Source of the DNA: Bacteroidota bacterium
Lineage (GTDB): Bacteria > Bacteroidota > Bacteroidia > Bacteroidales > UBA12077
Assembly: GCA_020444275.1 (NCBI GenBank)
Contig: JAHLLG010000002.1
Span: 404,266-468,265, forward strand
Direction of reading: 5' to 3'
Length of the DNA: 64,000 nt
The notes under the pieces were generated by a model. It did not search any database and was not told where the DNA came from. It saw only the letters and a list, made by a program, of their open reading frames with translations. Made by a program: the position numbers and the translations under genes. Positions 47,825 to 57,050 of the stretch are shown here, piece by piece. Numbering within the stretch: the first letter of the stretch is position 1; each line of letters opens with the position of its first letter.

Positions 47825-49048
47825 TTATTTTATTTTTTTTACAATCAATGATGAGTTTGTACCACCAAACCCAAAAGAGTTTGACAAAAATATATCAATA
47901 TTATGATTTTTTATAGTTTCGACTGCAATATTTAATTTTGCTGAATATTCATCGGGATTTTCAAAATTAATATTTGGTGCAACATACGAGTTTTGCATCA
48001 TTAATATGGAATAAATGATCTCGCTTGCACCTCCCATCCACATTTCATGTCCGGTCATCGATTTTGTTGAGCTAACATAAGGTGTTTTAGCTCCAAAAAC
48101 CTTACTAATAGCTTGTGCTTCATTTAAGTCGCCAACCGGTGTGGCTGTTGCATGTGCATTAATATAATCAATATCTTTTGCGTTGAGTTTGGCATCTTTA
48201 AGTGCCATTTCCAATGATTTTGCAGGACCTTCTACGTTAGGAACTGAAATATGATCGCCATTGGATGAGAATCCATAACCTATTACTTCGGCAATAATCG
48301 GCGCTCCTCTTTTAATAGCCGATTCATAACTTTCAAGAATTACTGTTGCAGCTCCTCCACTTGGAACTAAACCATCCCGATCTCGATCAAACGGGCGACA
48401 AGCTTTTTGAGGTTCATTTTCACGAATAGAGAATGCTCCTAAACCATCGAAGCTTCCCATGGAGTGAAAGTTAATTTCTTGACCTCCGCCACATATGATA
48501 ACGTCCTGTAATCCACTTTGTATAAAATGGTATCCCATGCCAATGGCATGCGATCCGCTCGCACAGGCTGCACTTATTGTTAAGTTAATACCTCGTAATC
48601 TGAATATGGTTGATAAATTCATTGTAATTGTAGAATTCATCGACTGGAAAATTGCACCTGAACCTAATAAAGCAGTATCCTTTTTTTCTTTTAGTAAATC
48701 ATAAGAATCTACAACTGATCTGGCAGAACTATCGTTACCGTATAGAATTCCAACATCATTTTTATCCAAGAAGTCATCGTCAATTTTGGCCTGATTTAGA
48801 GCCTCAACAGTTGCAATATAGGCATATTCACCTTCTTCTGCCATTCCCACACGTTGCCGTCTCTTTAATAGTCCTTTTAGGTTTGGTTTTTCAAGAACAC
48901 CTGTTAATCCTGATCTAAAGCCAAGCTCTTTTCTTTCTTGTTCAAAACCGATTCCTGATTTTCCCAAATAAAGAGAATTGTTAACTTCTTCAATATTTTT
49001 GCCGATCGTGGAATAGATTCCCATTCCTGTGATTACCACTCTGTTCAT
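47825..49048 (-). CDS. Beta-ketoacyl-ACP synthase (KS)
   Basis: 'ISAACASGSHAIG', 'INAHATATPVGD' and 'STKSMTGHEMWMGG'. Confidence 0.9.
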   Translation of the reverse strand: MNRVVITGMGIYSTIGKNIEEVNNSLYLGKSGIGFEQERKELGFRSGLTGVLEKPNLKGLLKRRQRVGMAEEGEYAYIATVEALNQAKIDDDFLDKNDVGILYGNDSSARSVVDSYDLLKEKKDTALLGSGAIFQSMNSTITMNLSTIFRLRGINLTISAACASGSHAIGMGYHFIQSGLQDVIICGGGQEINFHSMGSFDGLGAFSIRENEPQKACRPFDRDRDGLVPSGGAATVILESYESAIKRGAPIIAEVIGYGFSSNGDHISVPNVEGPAKSLEMALKDAKLNAKDIDYINAHATATPVGDLNEAQAISKVFGAKTPYVSSTKSMTGHEMWMGGASEIIYSILMMQNSYVAPNINFENPDEYSAKLNIAVETIKNHNIDIFLSNSFGFGGTNSSLIVKKIK

Positions 49049-49074
49049 AGGTCTGTATTACAGTGTTTTACATG

Positions 49075-49803
49075 TTATGTATATAGTCCTCCATTTACAG
49101 ATATTACTTCACCGGTAACGTAAGATGCATTTGGTGAAGCTAAAAATGACACTACATGAGCAACTTCTTCCGCTTTACCGAATCTGCTCATCGGAATTAT
49201 TCGTTTGTAATCTTTCTCCTCCAGTTCCTGTGTCATGTCTGTTTTAATAAATCCCGGGGCAACACAATTTACTGTAACATTTTTCTTGGCAACTTCCTGA
49301 GCTAAAGCTTTACTTGCTGCAATAACTCCTCCCTTAGCAGCAGAATAATTGGTTTGGCCCGGTAAACCTTTAATACCAGATAATGAAACTACATTAACAA
49401 TTCTTCCATATTTGTTAACAATCATATCTTGTACTAAATGTTTTGTAATATAATAAAAACTATCGAGATTTGTATTTAATACATCCTTCCAGTCTTCATC
49501 TTTCATCCACATAATAAGCGCATCTTTTCTAATACCGGCATTATTTACAAGCACCTCGATTACAGCATCCGGATTCTTTTCTTTCCATTGATTAATTGCT
49601 GCTTTTATTCCTTCAGGATCAGAAACATCAAATGGCATTAACTCACCTGAACCTCCGTTTTCTTTTATTTGGTTCAGGGTGTTTTGTGCTTCTTCGATAT
49701 TACTTCTGTAGTTGATTAATACATGGTATCCCAACTTTGATATTTCAAGGCATATAGCCTTGCCAATTCCTCTTGATCCTCCTGTAACTAATGCAAATTT
49801 CAT
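49075..49803 (-). CDS. 3-oxoacyl-ACP reductase (FabG-like SDR)
   Basis: 'VTGGSRGIGKAI', 'NNAGI' and the 'YSAAKGG' catalytic Tyr-x3-Lys. Confidence 0.9.
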   Translation of the reverse strand: MKFALVTGGSRGIGKAICLEISKLGYHVLINYRSNIEEAQNTLNQIKENGGSGELMPFDVSDPEGIKAAINQWKEKNPDAVIEVLVNNAGIRKDALIMWMKDEDWKDVLNTNLDSFYYITKHLVQDMIVNKYGRIVNVVSLSGIKGLPGQTNYSAAKGGVIAASKALAQEVAKKNVTVNCVAPGFIKTDMTQELEEKDYKRIIPMSRFGKAEEVAHVVSFLASPNASYVTGEVISVNGGLYT

Positions 49804-49810
49804 TTTGATA

Positions 49811-51352
49811 TTATTTTAAAATATTTGGCTTATTTTCAACTAAATAGTTGTTAATATTTTCGATATGCTTATATAATGGTTCGTCTTTTGTGATTGTTGG
49901 CACTAATTTTCTTAACTCATGATATACTTCTTTTCCTGTTGCAGATAATCTATCTTTAAATTTCATGTAATCTACTATCTGTAACAGACTTAAAAACTTA
50001 ATGGCTAAAACCTGAAATGAATTCTCGATTACTTTTTTTGTAATTAATGCTGCGTTTGTTCCCATACTTACAATATCCTGGTTATCACCATTATTAGGTA
50101 TACTGTGAACGTACATAGGGTTTGACAACATTTGACTCTCTGCTGTTGTGCTGGTAGCAGTAAATTGAGCAGCTTGTAATCCAAGGTCAAGACCAACAAC
50201 TCCTAAATTTGCAAATGGAGGGAATTTTTCATTAATCTTGTTATTATACAGGTAATTAATTTGTCGTTCAACCAACATGGTAAGCTTAGTAATAACAATT
50301 TTTAACTTATCCATCTCAAGCGAAACATAATCACCATGGAAATTTCCACCATGAAGTACGTCGATGTTTTCATTTTCGATGATCGGATTATCGTTCACTG
50401 AGTTGATTTCATTAATCAAAACTTCTTCCACATGATTAAGTGTTTCGTAAACCGGCCCTAAAACTTGTGGAACACATCGCAGTGAATAATACTCCTGAAC
50501 TTTAACCTTTATAACACCTACACCAATATTATTATCGTAGAATAGATCTGCTCTTTTTTGAATCAAATCACTTGATTCAACAATTTTACGCATTTGCTCT
50601 GCAATAACATTTTGTCCCTTATGAAGTTTTACCTGGTTAAGTTCTTTTGAAAAATGATCATCTACAGACTCAACAACTTCATTGATCATGGTTGATGAAA
50701 TTAATGCCCAGTTTAAAAGATTTTTGGCATGAAGTAGATTAATTAATCCTATACCTGTCATACATGATGTTCCATTGATTAAAGCCAACCCTTCTCTCAA
50801 GTGGATTTGTAATGGTTCAAGGTTATTTGCCTTAAATACTTCTTTTGCAGGACGATACTTTCCATCGTAAAAGATTTCACCTTCTCCAATCAAATTTAGC
50901 GCCAGATGCGCTAATTGCACTAGGTCGCCACTGGCTCCAACTCCACCATGTTCAAAAATCTTTGGATAAATATCTCTGTTAATGAACTCTTTTAGCAAGT
51001 AGATAGCATCAGTATGAACACCGGAATATCCACGCATAAAAGTATTCAACCGTCCAATCATTAATGCTTTTACATAGATGTTTGGCAGAGGATTTCCTGT
51101 ACCCGCAGCATGACTGCGAATAAGGTTGTACTGAAGTAGTTTTTGGTCCTCGTCGCTAATCTTGTATTGAGCCATTGGACCAAAGCATGTATTAATGCCG
51201 TATATTACTTTATCCTTGGAAAAATCTTCTAGAAAATTATAATTCTTTTCAACTTTATGTAATGATTCAGAATCTAAGTCTATTTTTTCTCCTTCATAAA
51301 GTGCTTTGTAAAAATCATTTAGATTGAGATTCTTACCCCCTAATATTATCAT
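49811..51352 (-). CDS. MIO-dependent aromatic amino acid ammonia-lyase (tyrosine ammonia-lyase of the flexirubin type)
   Basis: 'GGVGASGDLVQLAH' (Ala-Ser-Gly MIO triad). Long stretches resemble my recollection of the Flavobacterium johnsoniae TAL ('QYNLIRSH..GTG', 'NGTS.MTGIG', 'QEYYSLRCVPQ.LGP', 'TATSTTAESQMLSNPMYVHSIPNN'). Confidence 0.9.
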   Translation of the reverse strand: MIILGGKNLNLNDFYKALYEGEKIDLDSESLHKVEKNYNFLEDFSKDKVIYGINTCFGPMAQYKISDEDQKLLQYNLIRSHAAGTGNPLPNIYVKALMIGRLNTFMRGYSGVHTDAIYLLKEFINRDIYPKIFEHGGVGASGDLVQLAHLALNLIGEGEIFYDGKYRPAKEVFKANNLEPLQIHLREGLALINGTSCMTGIGLINLLHAKNLLNWALISSTMINEVVESVDDHFSKELNQVKLHKGQNVIAEQMRKIVESSDLIQKRADLFYDNNIGVGVIKVKVQEYYSLRCVPQVLGPVYETLNHVEEVLINEINSVNDNPIIENENIDVLHGGNFHGDYVSLEMDKLKIVITKLTMLVERQINYLYNNKINEKFPPFANLGVVGLDLGLQAAQFTATSTTAESQMLSNPMYVHSIPNNGDNQDIVSMGTNAALITKKVIENSFQVLAIKFLSLLQIVDYMKFKDRLSATGKEVYHELRKLVPTITKDEPLYKHIENINNYLVENKPNILK

Positions 51353-51707
51353 TTCAGTTCTTTGGTTAAGCGTTAAAGTGGTTTAAACCTATAAATTTTT
51401 TATGCTCTTTTTTGTAAAAATGCAAATTTAATAAATACTTTGAATAAACCTTAGTTACTTTTTTGTTTTAATCAACATTTTTATAAATAATCAAAAATCT
51501 ATGATAAATGTAATGTAATGCTCAAAGAACACTTGAGCTGTCATATGAAGGTCCTAAAATCTTAAACAATCAATGTTACGTTTTGTTTACTAAATATTTA
51601 TTTTGGCATAAATTTATTTTGATATAATTTAGTAGGCTTAAATTTTGATTGAATGCTTTGATTATTTGGAACGAAAGCAAAGAGTTATACACTTCAATTT
51701 TGTTATA
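51353..51707. promoter_or_regulatory. Divergent intergenic control region between the APE core operon and the accessory sub-cluster
   Basis: 355-nt AT-rich spacer between divergent gene starts. It contains a GCTCAA-(7 nt)-TTGAGC inverted repeat at 51520-51538, and an HTH gene lies next to it. No promoter was mapped. Confidence 0.3.
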
Positions 51708-52205
51708 ATGAAAGAAAAAGACGCTTATGTCGATTTTGAACCACAGCAACTTATAATGTATGTTGAAAAGGAAGATGGAACCTATGGTCCAATTCAAACT
51801 GGTTCATATATATCAAAAAATTATTTGGATGATTTTTGGGAAAAGACTGTAAGACTTAGAAGCATGTTGCTCGATAAACTTAAAAAGAATGAAATTACAT
51901 CGATATATTTTTATAAATTAATTCACGATTTTAATGATGTTGAACTATCGCGCAGAACAGGAATATCCGTGCGGAGAGTAAAAAAGCATCAGAAAGTGGA
52001 TTGTTTTAAAAGGGCTCGCTTGTCAGATCTCCGGAAATATGCTTATGCGTTTGATATTCCTGTATCTAATTTACTTCAAACGATTGTTGTGGGAGAAGAA
52101 GAGCAAAATCCAGATATAGAAAGTGAAAAGCGTCAAGTAAAAGTAAAGCAATCGAGAACGGAAAATCCATTTTTAGTTATTACCAAAATAGATCTTAATA
52201 CATAA
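51708..52205 (+). CDS. Small HTH-containing protein (XRE-like), paralog of 44404..44805
   Basis: 'DVELSRRTGISVRRVKKHQK...LSDLRKYAYAFDIPVSNLLQ'. I prefer the ATG at 51708 ('MKEKDAYV') by comparison with the paralog; the ORF track starts at 51645. The stop overlaps the next start (TAATG). Confidence 0.55.
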   Translation: MKEKDAYVDFEPQQLIMYVEKEDGTYGPIQTGSYISKNYLDDFWEKTVRLRSMLLDKLKKNEITSIYFYKLIHDFNDVELSRRTGISVRRVKKHQKVDCFKRARLSDLRKYAYAFDIPVSNLLQTIVVGEEEQNPDIESEKRQVKVKQSRTENPFLVITKIDLNT

Positions 52206-53218
52206 TGATAATAGATTCTTTTAAACACAATATGGCGGCTCACTGTGAGTCGGGTACATTAACCGCTTTATTAAAACATAAAGGTTTAGAGATAACCGAA
52301 CCTATGATATTTGGTTTAGGAAGCGGTTTATACTTCGGGTATCTTAGTCATACGCCAAATTTAAGTTTTCCGATGTTTATTTTAAGAACGAAGCCTGGAA
52401 AACTTCGCAAGAAGATTGCAAAAAGAACTGATATAAAATTTAATACTCAGAGGTTTAAAAGCGAAGATAAAGCAGAACAGGAATTAGATGAACTAATAAG
52501 TAAGGGTATTCCTGTAGCTTGTCAGGTGGATTTTTACTACATGGATTATATTCCACAGTGGGAGAGAGTTCATGCTAACATTCACTTTATTACGGTTGTT
52601 GGAAAAGAGGGCGATGAATATCTTGTTAGTGATAGTTATTTTCCAAAATTAGCGCGTATTCACAAAGATAAATTAAGAAAAGCTCGATTTGCAGGAGGCT
52701 ATTTAGCACCAAAAGGTTTTCGATATTTTATTGAATCTGTTCCGGAAACTATTAATTATGAAAAATTAATACCAGTTTCAATAAAAAACACCATTAATAA
52801 TATGATCGGAGTGCAACCTCCTTTTATTGGGGTGCGTGGTATTAGAACTTTTGCAAAAAAATTGCAGGGTTGGCCTAAAATTACACGAGATATTGATCAC
52901 CTTTCACACGAAGTGATGAAAATTAATGTATTTTTGGAAGACCAGGGAACCGGTGGTGGAGGATTTCGATATTTATATGCAACATTCCTTAGACAATGTG
53001 CTGATAAAATATCAAATAAGGAGTTAGAAGAGATGTCGAAAAAGATGATGGAAATCGGCGATGGTTGGCGAAATATTTCTTACTTTGCAGCCAAAATAGG
53101 AAAGAACAGAGATTTAGGAGCTGATAAACTTAAGGAGCTTGGAGATATGATTAACGAAAGAGCTGATGCCGAAGAAGCATTTTATAAGGAGTTGAAAGTA
53201 GTTATAAATAATATTTAA
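52205..53218 (+). CDS. BtrH N-terminal-domain (papain-like fold) protein, DUF4872-type C-terminus
   Basis: 337 aa, with 'AAHCESGTLTALL' and 'HANIHFITVVG'. It is colinear with 43383..44399 along its whole length, including 'GTGG.GFR..YA.FL'. Confidence 0.65.
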   Translation: MIIDSFKHNMAAHCESGTLTALLKHKGLEITEPMIFGLGSGLYFGYLSHTPNLSFPMFILRTKPGKLRKKIAKRTDIKFNTQRFKSEDKAEQELDELISKGIPVACQVDFYYMDYIPQWERVHANIHFITVVGKEGDEYLVSDSYFPKLARIHKDKLRKARFAGGYLAPKGFRYFIESVPETINYEKLIPVSIKNTINNMIGVQPPFIGVRGIRTFAKKLQGWPKITRDIDHLSHEVMKINVFLEDQGTGGGGFRYLYATFLRQCADKISNKELEEMSKKMMEIGDGWRNISYFAAKIGKNRDLGADKLKELGDMINERADAEEAFYKELKVVINNI

Positions 53219-53231
53219 TTTTTCAGATATA

Positions 53232-53507
53232 ATGGGAGAACATAATGGTACAGAGTTGAAGGCGGATATTAAAAAGATGATTATTGAAACATTGAATATG
53301 CAAGATATTACGCCCGAAGATATAGATGATGATTTACCGCTTTTTGGTGGTGATAATACTTTAGGTCTTGATTCTATTGATGCAATTGAGTTGGTAATGT
53401 CTGTTCAGCGCCAGTTCAAAGTACGTATTGATGATCAGAATTTAGCCCGTGAGGTGTTAAAAGATGTAAATTCTATTGCAGAATTTATTCAAAGTAAGGC
53501 TGAGTAA
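53232..53507 (+). CDS. Acyl carrier protein
   Basis: 91 aa, with 'LGLDSIDAIELVMSVQ'. Confidence 0.85.
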   Translation: MGEHNGTELKADIKKMIIETLNMQDITPEDIDDDLPLFGGDNTLGLDSIDAIELVMSVQRQFKVRIDDQNLAREVLKDVNSIAEFIQSKAE

Positions 53508-53545
53508 GTCTTTTTCTTTTATTTAAAATCCGAACCAAACTAATT

Positions 53546-54634
53546 ATGAAAAGTGCTTACCTGATAGCAGGTATGAGACTATCCAGATTCATAAAACTTA
53601 TGATGAAAAATGGAATGTCTGTTCGTCCAAAATTCTTGGTTCGCTTTTTATTTCTTTTCCAGAATGGTATCTGGGCTTCAATTTTTTATCGCAAGGAGAA
53701 ATCAATCTATAAAGATCTTATTAAAAAACACAGATTACCCGATGATCCAATTATTATTGTAGGACATTGGAGAACTGGTAGTACTTTTTTGCACCAACTG
53801 TTAGCTCTTGATCCAAATATTGTAACTTCTAATGTTTTTCAGGGGTCAATACCTGATAGTTTCCTGACTTCCAGAAAGTCGTATGAGCCAATAATGGGCA
53901 GAGCGCTTAAAGGTACTCGCCCAATGGATCAGGTTAAGTTGAGTATGGACGAACCATTGGAAGATGAATATGCCTTATTTCGTTTATGCAGCTATTCACC
54001 ACTCGAAGGAGTTATTTTTCCTAAACAGGACGGATATTTTTTAAATCACTTTCCGGGATTTTTACCTGAAGATGAAAAATTAGAACAATGGAAAAGTGCA
54101 CTTAAATATTTTTATAAAAAATTAACTATAAACAACAACTCAAGAATATTAATTAAAAATCCTTTTCATTCTTTTCGAATTAAAGTTTTAAACGAAATAT
54201 TCCCCAATGCAAAGTATATTCATATCATCAGGCACCCACATAAAGTGGTGCCATCTACTATTCGCATGTGGGATATAGTAGGATCCCAAAATGCAATGAA
54301 TACCAAATGGAGAAAGCCTACAGCTGGCGAGGTAAGTGATGTTTTTAATAAAATGATTCTGCAAATAGAAAAAGATTTTAAAGGTCTTTCTGCAGAAAGG
54401 TATTATGAGTTGAAGTTTGAAGATTTGGAGAAAAATCCAATAAACGAGATAAAGGCAATCTATAAGCATTTAAATGTTCAATTTTCTGATGAATTTGAGC
54501 AACAAATATTACAATTTTTAAATTCGGTAAAAGGGTACAAAAAAAATAAATATACAATTCCGGAATCGGATAAACTGGAAATCAATAACATCCTGAAATC
54601 ATGGATGCAAGCGAAAGATTATAGTTTGGATTAG
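53546..54634 (+). CDS. PAPS-dependent sulfotransferase family protein
   Basis: 5'-PSB loop 'VGHWRTGSTFLHQLL' and a 3'-PB-like 'IIRHPHKVVPST'. 362 aa. Confidence 0.8.
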   Translation: MKSAYLIAGMRLSRFIKLMMKNGMSVRPKFLVRFLFLFQNGIWASIFYRKEKSIYKDLIKKHRLPDDPIIIVGHWRTGSTFLHQLLALDPNIVTSNVFQGSIPDSFLTSRKSYEPIMGRALKGTRPMDQVKLSMDEPLEDEYALFRLCSYSPLEGVIFPKQDGYFLNHFPGFLPEDEKLEQWKSALKYFYKKLTINNNSRILIKNPFHSFRIKVLNEIFPNAKYIHIIRHPHKVVPSTIRMWDIVGSQNAMNTKWRKPTAGEVSDVFNKMILQIEKDFKGLSAERYYELKFEDLEKNPINEIKAIYKHLNVQFSDEFEQQILQFLNSVKGYKKNKYTIPESDKLEINNILKSWMQAKDYSLD

Positions 54635-54686
54635 TTTATTTTTTTGATACTTTTAACCATTAAATTAAGAAGAAAACAAAGAACGT

Positions 54687-55961
54687 ATGAAATTTCAATT
54701 AATATTTCCCAAGTGGAGAAAGCTGGAAGGACAAACAACATTTAATTTACCACCACATGGTGCGATTGTATTTGCATCAACCATTCCTGAAGAGTTTGAA
54801 GTTGAATTTATAGATGAAAATCTTGAGGAAATGAGATTCGATGATGATGTTGATTTTGTGGGAATATCCATGTTGTTAACAACACAAATAAAACGAGGTT
54901 GGGCAATAGCCGACGAGTATAGAAAAAGAGGCAAGAAAGTTATATTTGGTGGTATTGCAACCATGCTGCATGCCGAAGAAACGATGGAACATGCCGATAG
55001 TGTTTTCCTTGGAGAAGCTGAAGGACACATGGATCAGGTTTTCAAAGATTTCAAGAATGGAGAATTGAAGAAATTTTATAATTTCATGAATGATCTTCCG
55101 CCGATTGAAATTGTTGGTCCTGCACGAAGAGAGCTTTACAACAGAGATTTGTATTATCATAAAGGAGTTCAAATGGTTGACTTATTCCATGCTTCGCGTG
55201 GTTGTCGCTATAGTTGTTATCCTTGTGCAGTTTCTTATTTAGGTGGTCGTCAGTTTCGACCAAGACCCATTGATAAATCCATTGAAGAGCTGGAGACAAT
55301 AGATAATAACAGACTATTTATTGTAGATAATTCGCTGGCACAAGATACTCAATGGGAAAAGGATCTGTTTAAGGCAATGATTCCACTTAAGAAAAAATGG
55401 TGTAGTCATACAATTGAAGATAAGCCAGAGGTTCTTGATTTGGCAGCGCAAGCTGGTGCATGGTATGTTTACCAGGCTGTTTTTGATACTTCGGACTATA
55501 TTAAAAATCGTGTAAAACGATATCATGATTACGGAATTGGAGTAGAAGGTACTATTTTATTAGGTCTAGATAACCAAACAGAGGATGATATTAAGCGATT
55601 AATTGATTTCTTACTGGAGATTGATCTTGACCTGGCCGAATTTACAGTATTGGCACCATTCCCACATACTAAAGCCTGGACCGATTTAAGAAAACAAAAC
55701 AGAATTTTCGATTACAACTGGGATAACTACAATGCTGGTCAGGTGGTTTATCACCCAAAACACATGAGTGCTGAGCGTTTACAAGAGTTGTATCAGTATG
55801 CATGGGATACATTCTATAAAGATGAAACGCAGGAAGAAAAGATGTTTAAACTCTTGAAAAAGGTTGTTTCAAGAGAAATGGAAGATGGAACTTTCAGAAA
55901 GCGCCGACAGGATCTTTCAAAATCCAGCTTTGGAAAAAATGTTAAACATAAAATTGCATAA
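54687..55961 (+). CDS. B12-binding-domain radical SAM protein
   Basis: N-terminal B12-binding-like region. CX3CX2C motif 'GCRYSCYPCAV'. 424 aa. Confidence 0.85.
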   Translation: MKFQLIFPKWRKLEGQTTFNLPPHGAIVFASTIPEEFEVEFIDENLEEMRFDDDVDFVGISMLLTTQIKRGWAIADEYRKRGKKVIFGGIATMLHAEETMEHADSVFLGEAEGHMDQVFKDFKNGELKKFYNFMNDLPPIEIVGPARRELYNRDLYYHKGVQMVDLFHASRGCRYSCYPCAVSYLGGRQFRPRPIDKSIEELETIDNNRLFIVDNSLAQDTQWEKDLFKAMIPLKKKWCSHTIEDKPEVLDLAAQAGAWYVYQAVFDTSDYIKNRVKRYHDYGIGVEGTILLGLDNQTEDDIKRLIDFLLEIDLDLAEFTVLAPFPHTKAWTDLRKQNRIFDYNWDNYNAGQVVYHPKHMSAERLQELYQYAWDTFYKDETQEEKMFKLLKKVVSREMEDGTFRKRRQDLSKSSFGKNVKHKIA

Positions 55962-55975
55962 TTGTTGATTGTACG

Positions 55976-56353
55976 ATGGAAACAAAAACAAGTAAATATC
56001 AGGATCAATTGTATCATTTTAAGGGATTATGGGATCTTCCATCAGTTTGTGGGTTGAAAATTGTAAAAAAAGCTGATCAAGCAATTATCATTGCTACTGA
56101 TTTGTTTGATGAAAACCCCGGAACTTCTATTACGGAATGGAATACAAAGTTAGCGAAAGAGCTGTGCGATAATCATGATATAAATTACCAGGATTTAATT
56201 TATATTGAGCATACCCCAAATAAGGATACCAAGTTATCGTTTAACAGAGAAACATTTTATAAAGTTAATTTTGATATTAGCGACAATGGATTTGATAATC
56301 CACAGTGGGAGGAGTTAACAAAAAGTGAAGTAGATAAATTATTAACAGAATAA
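55976..56353 (+). CDS. Hypothetical protein
   Basis: 125-aa ORF, tightly packed in the operon. No motif recognised. Confidence 0.5.
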   Translation: METKTSKYQDQLYHFKGLWDLPSVCGLKIVKKADQAIIIATDLFDENPGTSITEWNTKLAKELCDNHDINYQDLIYIEHTPNKDTKLSFNRETFYKVNFDISDNGFDNPQWEELTKSEVDKLLTE

Positions 56354-56363
56354 ACAAAATATA

Positions 56364-56666
56364 ATGGCTAAAATTACTGATAACACAAGAAATGAGGTTA
56401 AAGAAATCGTTCTGGATTTTTTTGCAGAGGAGTGTGAGGTTGATGCAGAAGAGATATCAGAAGATGCAAATATTATTAGTGATCTGGATGGTGATTCTTT
56501 AATGTTTCTTGAGCTTATTGAAATATTTAAAAAGAAATATAATTTAAATATAGAATTAAAAACAATTGGTAAATATGCGGTTAAGCATCCGGTAAAAACT
56601 ATTGGAGAGCTTATCGATATGCAAATGCTTATCATTGAGCACGAAAATAATATTTTGGATTTGTAA
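56364..56666 (+). CDS. Acyl carrier protein (divergent)
   Basis: 100 aa, with 'SDLDGDSLMFLELIEIF' as an ACP-like DSL motif. Confidence 0.75.
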   Translation: MAKITDNTRNEVKEIVLDFFAEECEVDAEEISEDANIISDLDGDSLMFLELIEIFKKKYNLNIELKTIGKYAVKHPVKTIGELIDMQMLIIEHENNILDL

Positions 56667-56681
56667 GATACTATTCAGTGG

Positions 56682-57050
56682 ATGATATTAAGTTGTGGTA
56701 TTGATATTGAAGAGATAGAACGATTTAATAAGCACTACTTTCACAAAGGAAAGTTGTCTGATTTAATGTACGATATTTTTACTACTAAGGAGATAGATAA
56801 TTTGTCTGTTTTCGGTAAAGAAGCCTTTTTAAAAGGCTTTTGTTTTAAGGAGGCATTCTATAAGGCCATAAATAATACAAATGTAGGTTTCTTGGATATT
56901 CAGATTATTTTTAGCAGTGAAAAAAGTTTTGAAATTTTAAAGTCGAAAGAACTTGATAATATCTTAAATAGTTTGGCCATAAAAGAGATTCAGGTAGAAT
57001 TTCAAACAGAGAAACAATACATCATTTCAAAGGTTTTATTAGTACACTAA
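56682..57050 (+). CDS. AcpS-type 4'-phosphopantetheinyl transferase
   Basis: 'CGIDIEEIERF', 'FTTKE' and 'CFKEAFYKAI'. Both AcpS Mg-ligand positions (Asp, Glu) are conserved. Confidence 0.75.
   Translation: MILSCGIDIEEIERFNKHYFHKGKLSDLMYDIFTTKEIDNLSVFGKEAFLKGFCFKEAFYKAINNTNVGFLDIQIIFSSEKSFEILKSKELDNILNSLAIKEIQVEFQTEKQYIISKVLLVH

Noticed and set aside
51576-51797. 73-aa minus-strand ORF in the divergent promoter region, and the longer 51645 start of the HTH gene
   Set aside because: The ORF is low complexity (Asn/Ile/Leu/Phe/Lys-rich) and overlaps the HTH gene start. Comparison with the paralog 44404..44805 favours the 51708 ATG for the HTH gene.
54188-56635. Minus-strand ORFs inside the + strand accessory operon (54188..54469, 54695..55030, 54876..55172, 55084..55299, 55314..55526, 55814..56017, 56342..56635)
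   Set aside because: They are antisense to motif-supported genes (the sulfotransferase, the rSAM and the ACP). They overlap one another in different frames, which is typical AT-rich noise.
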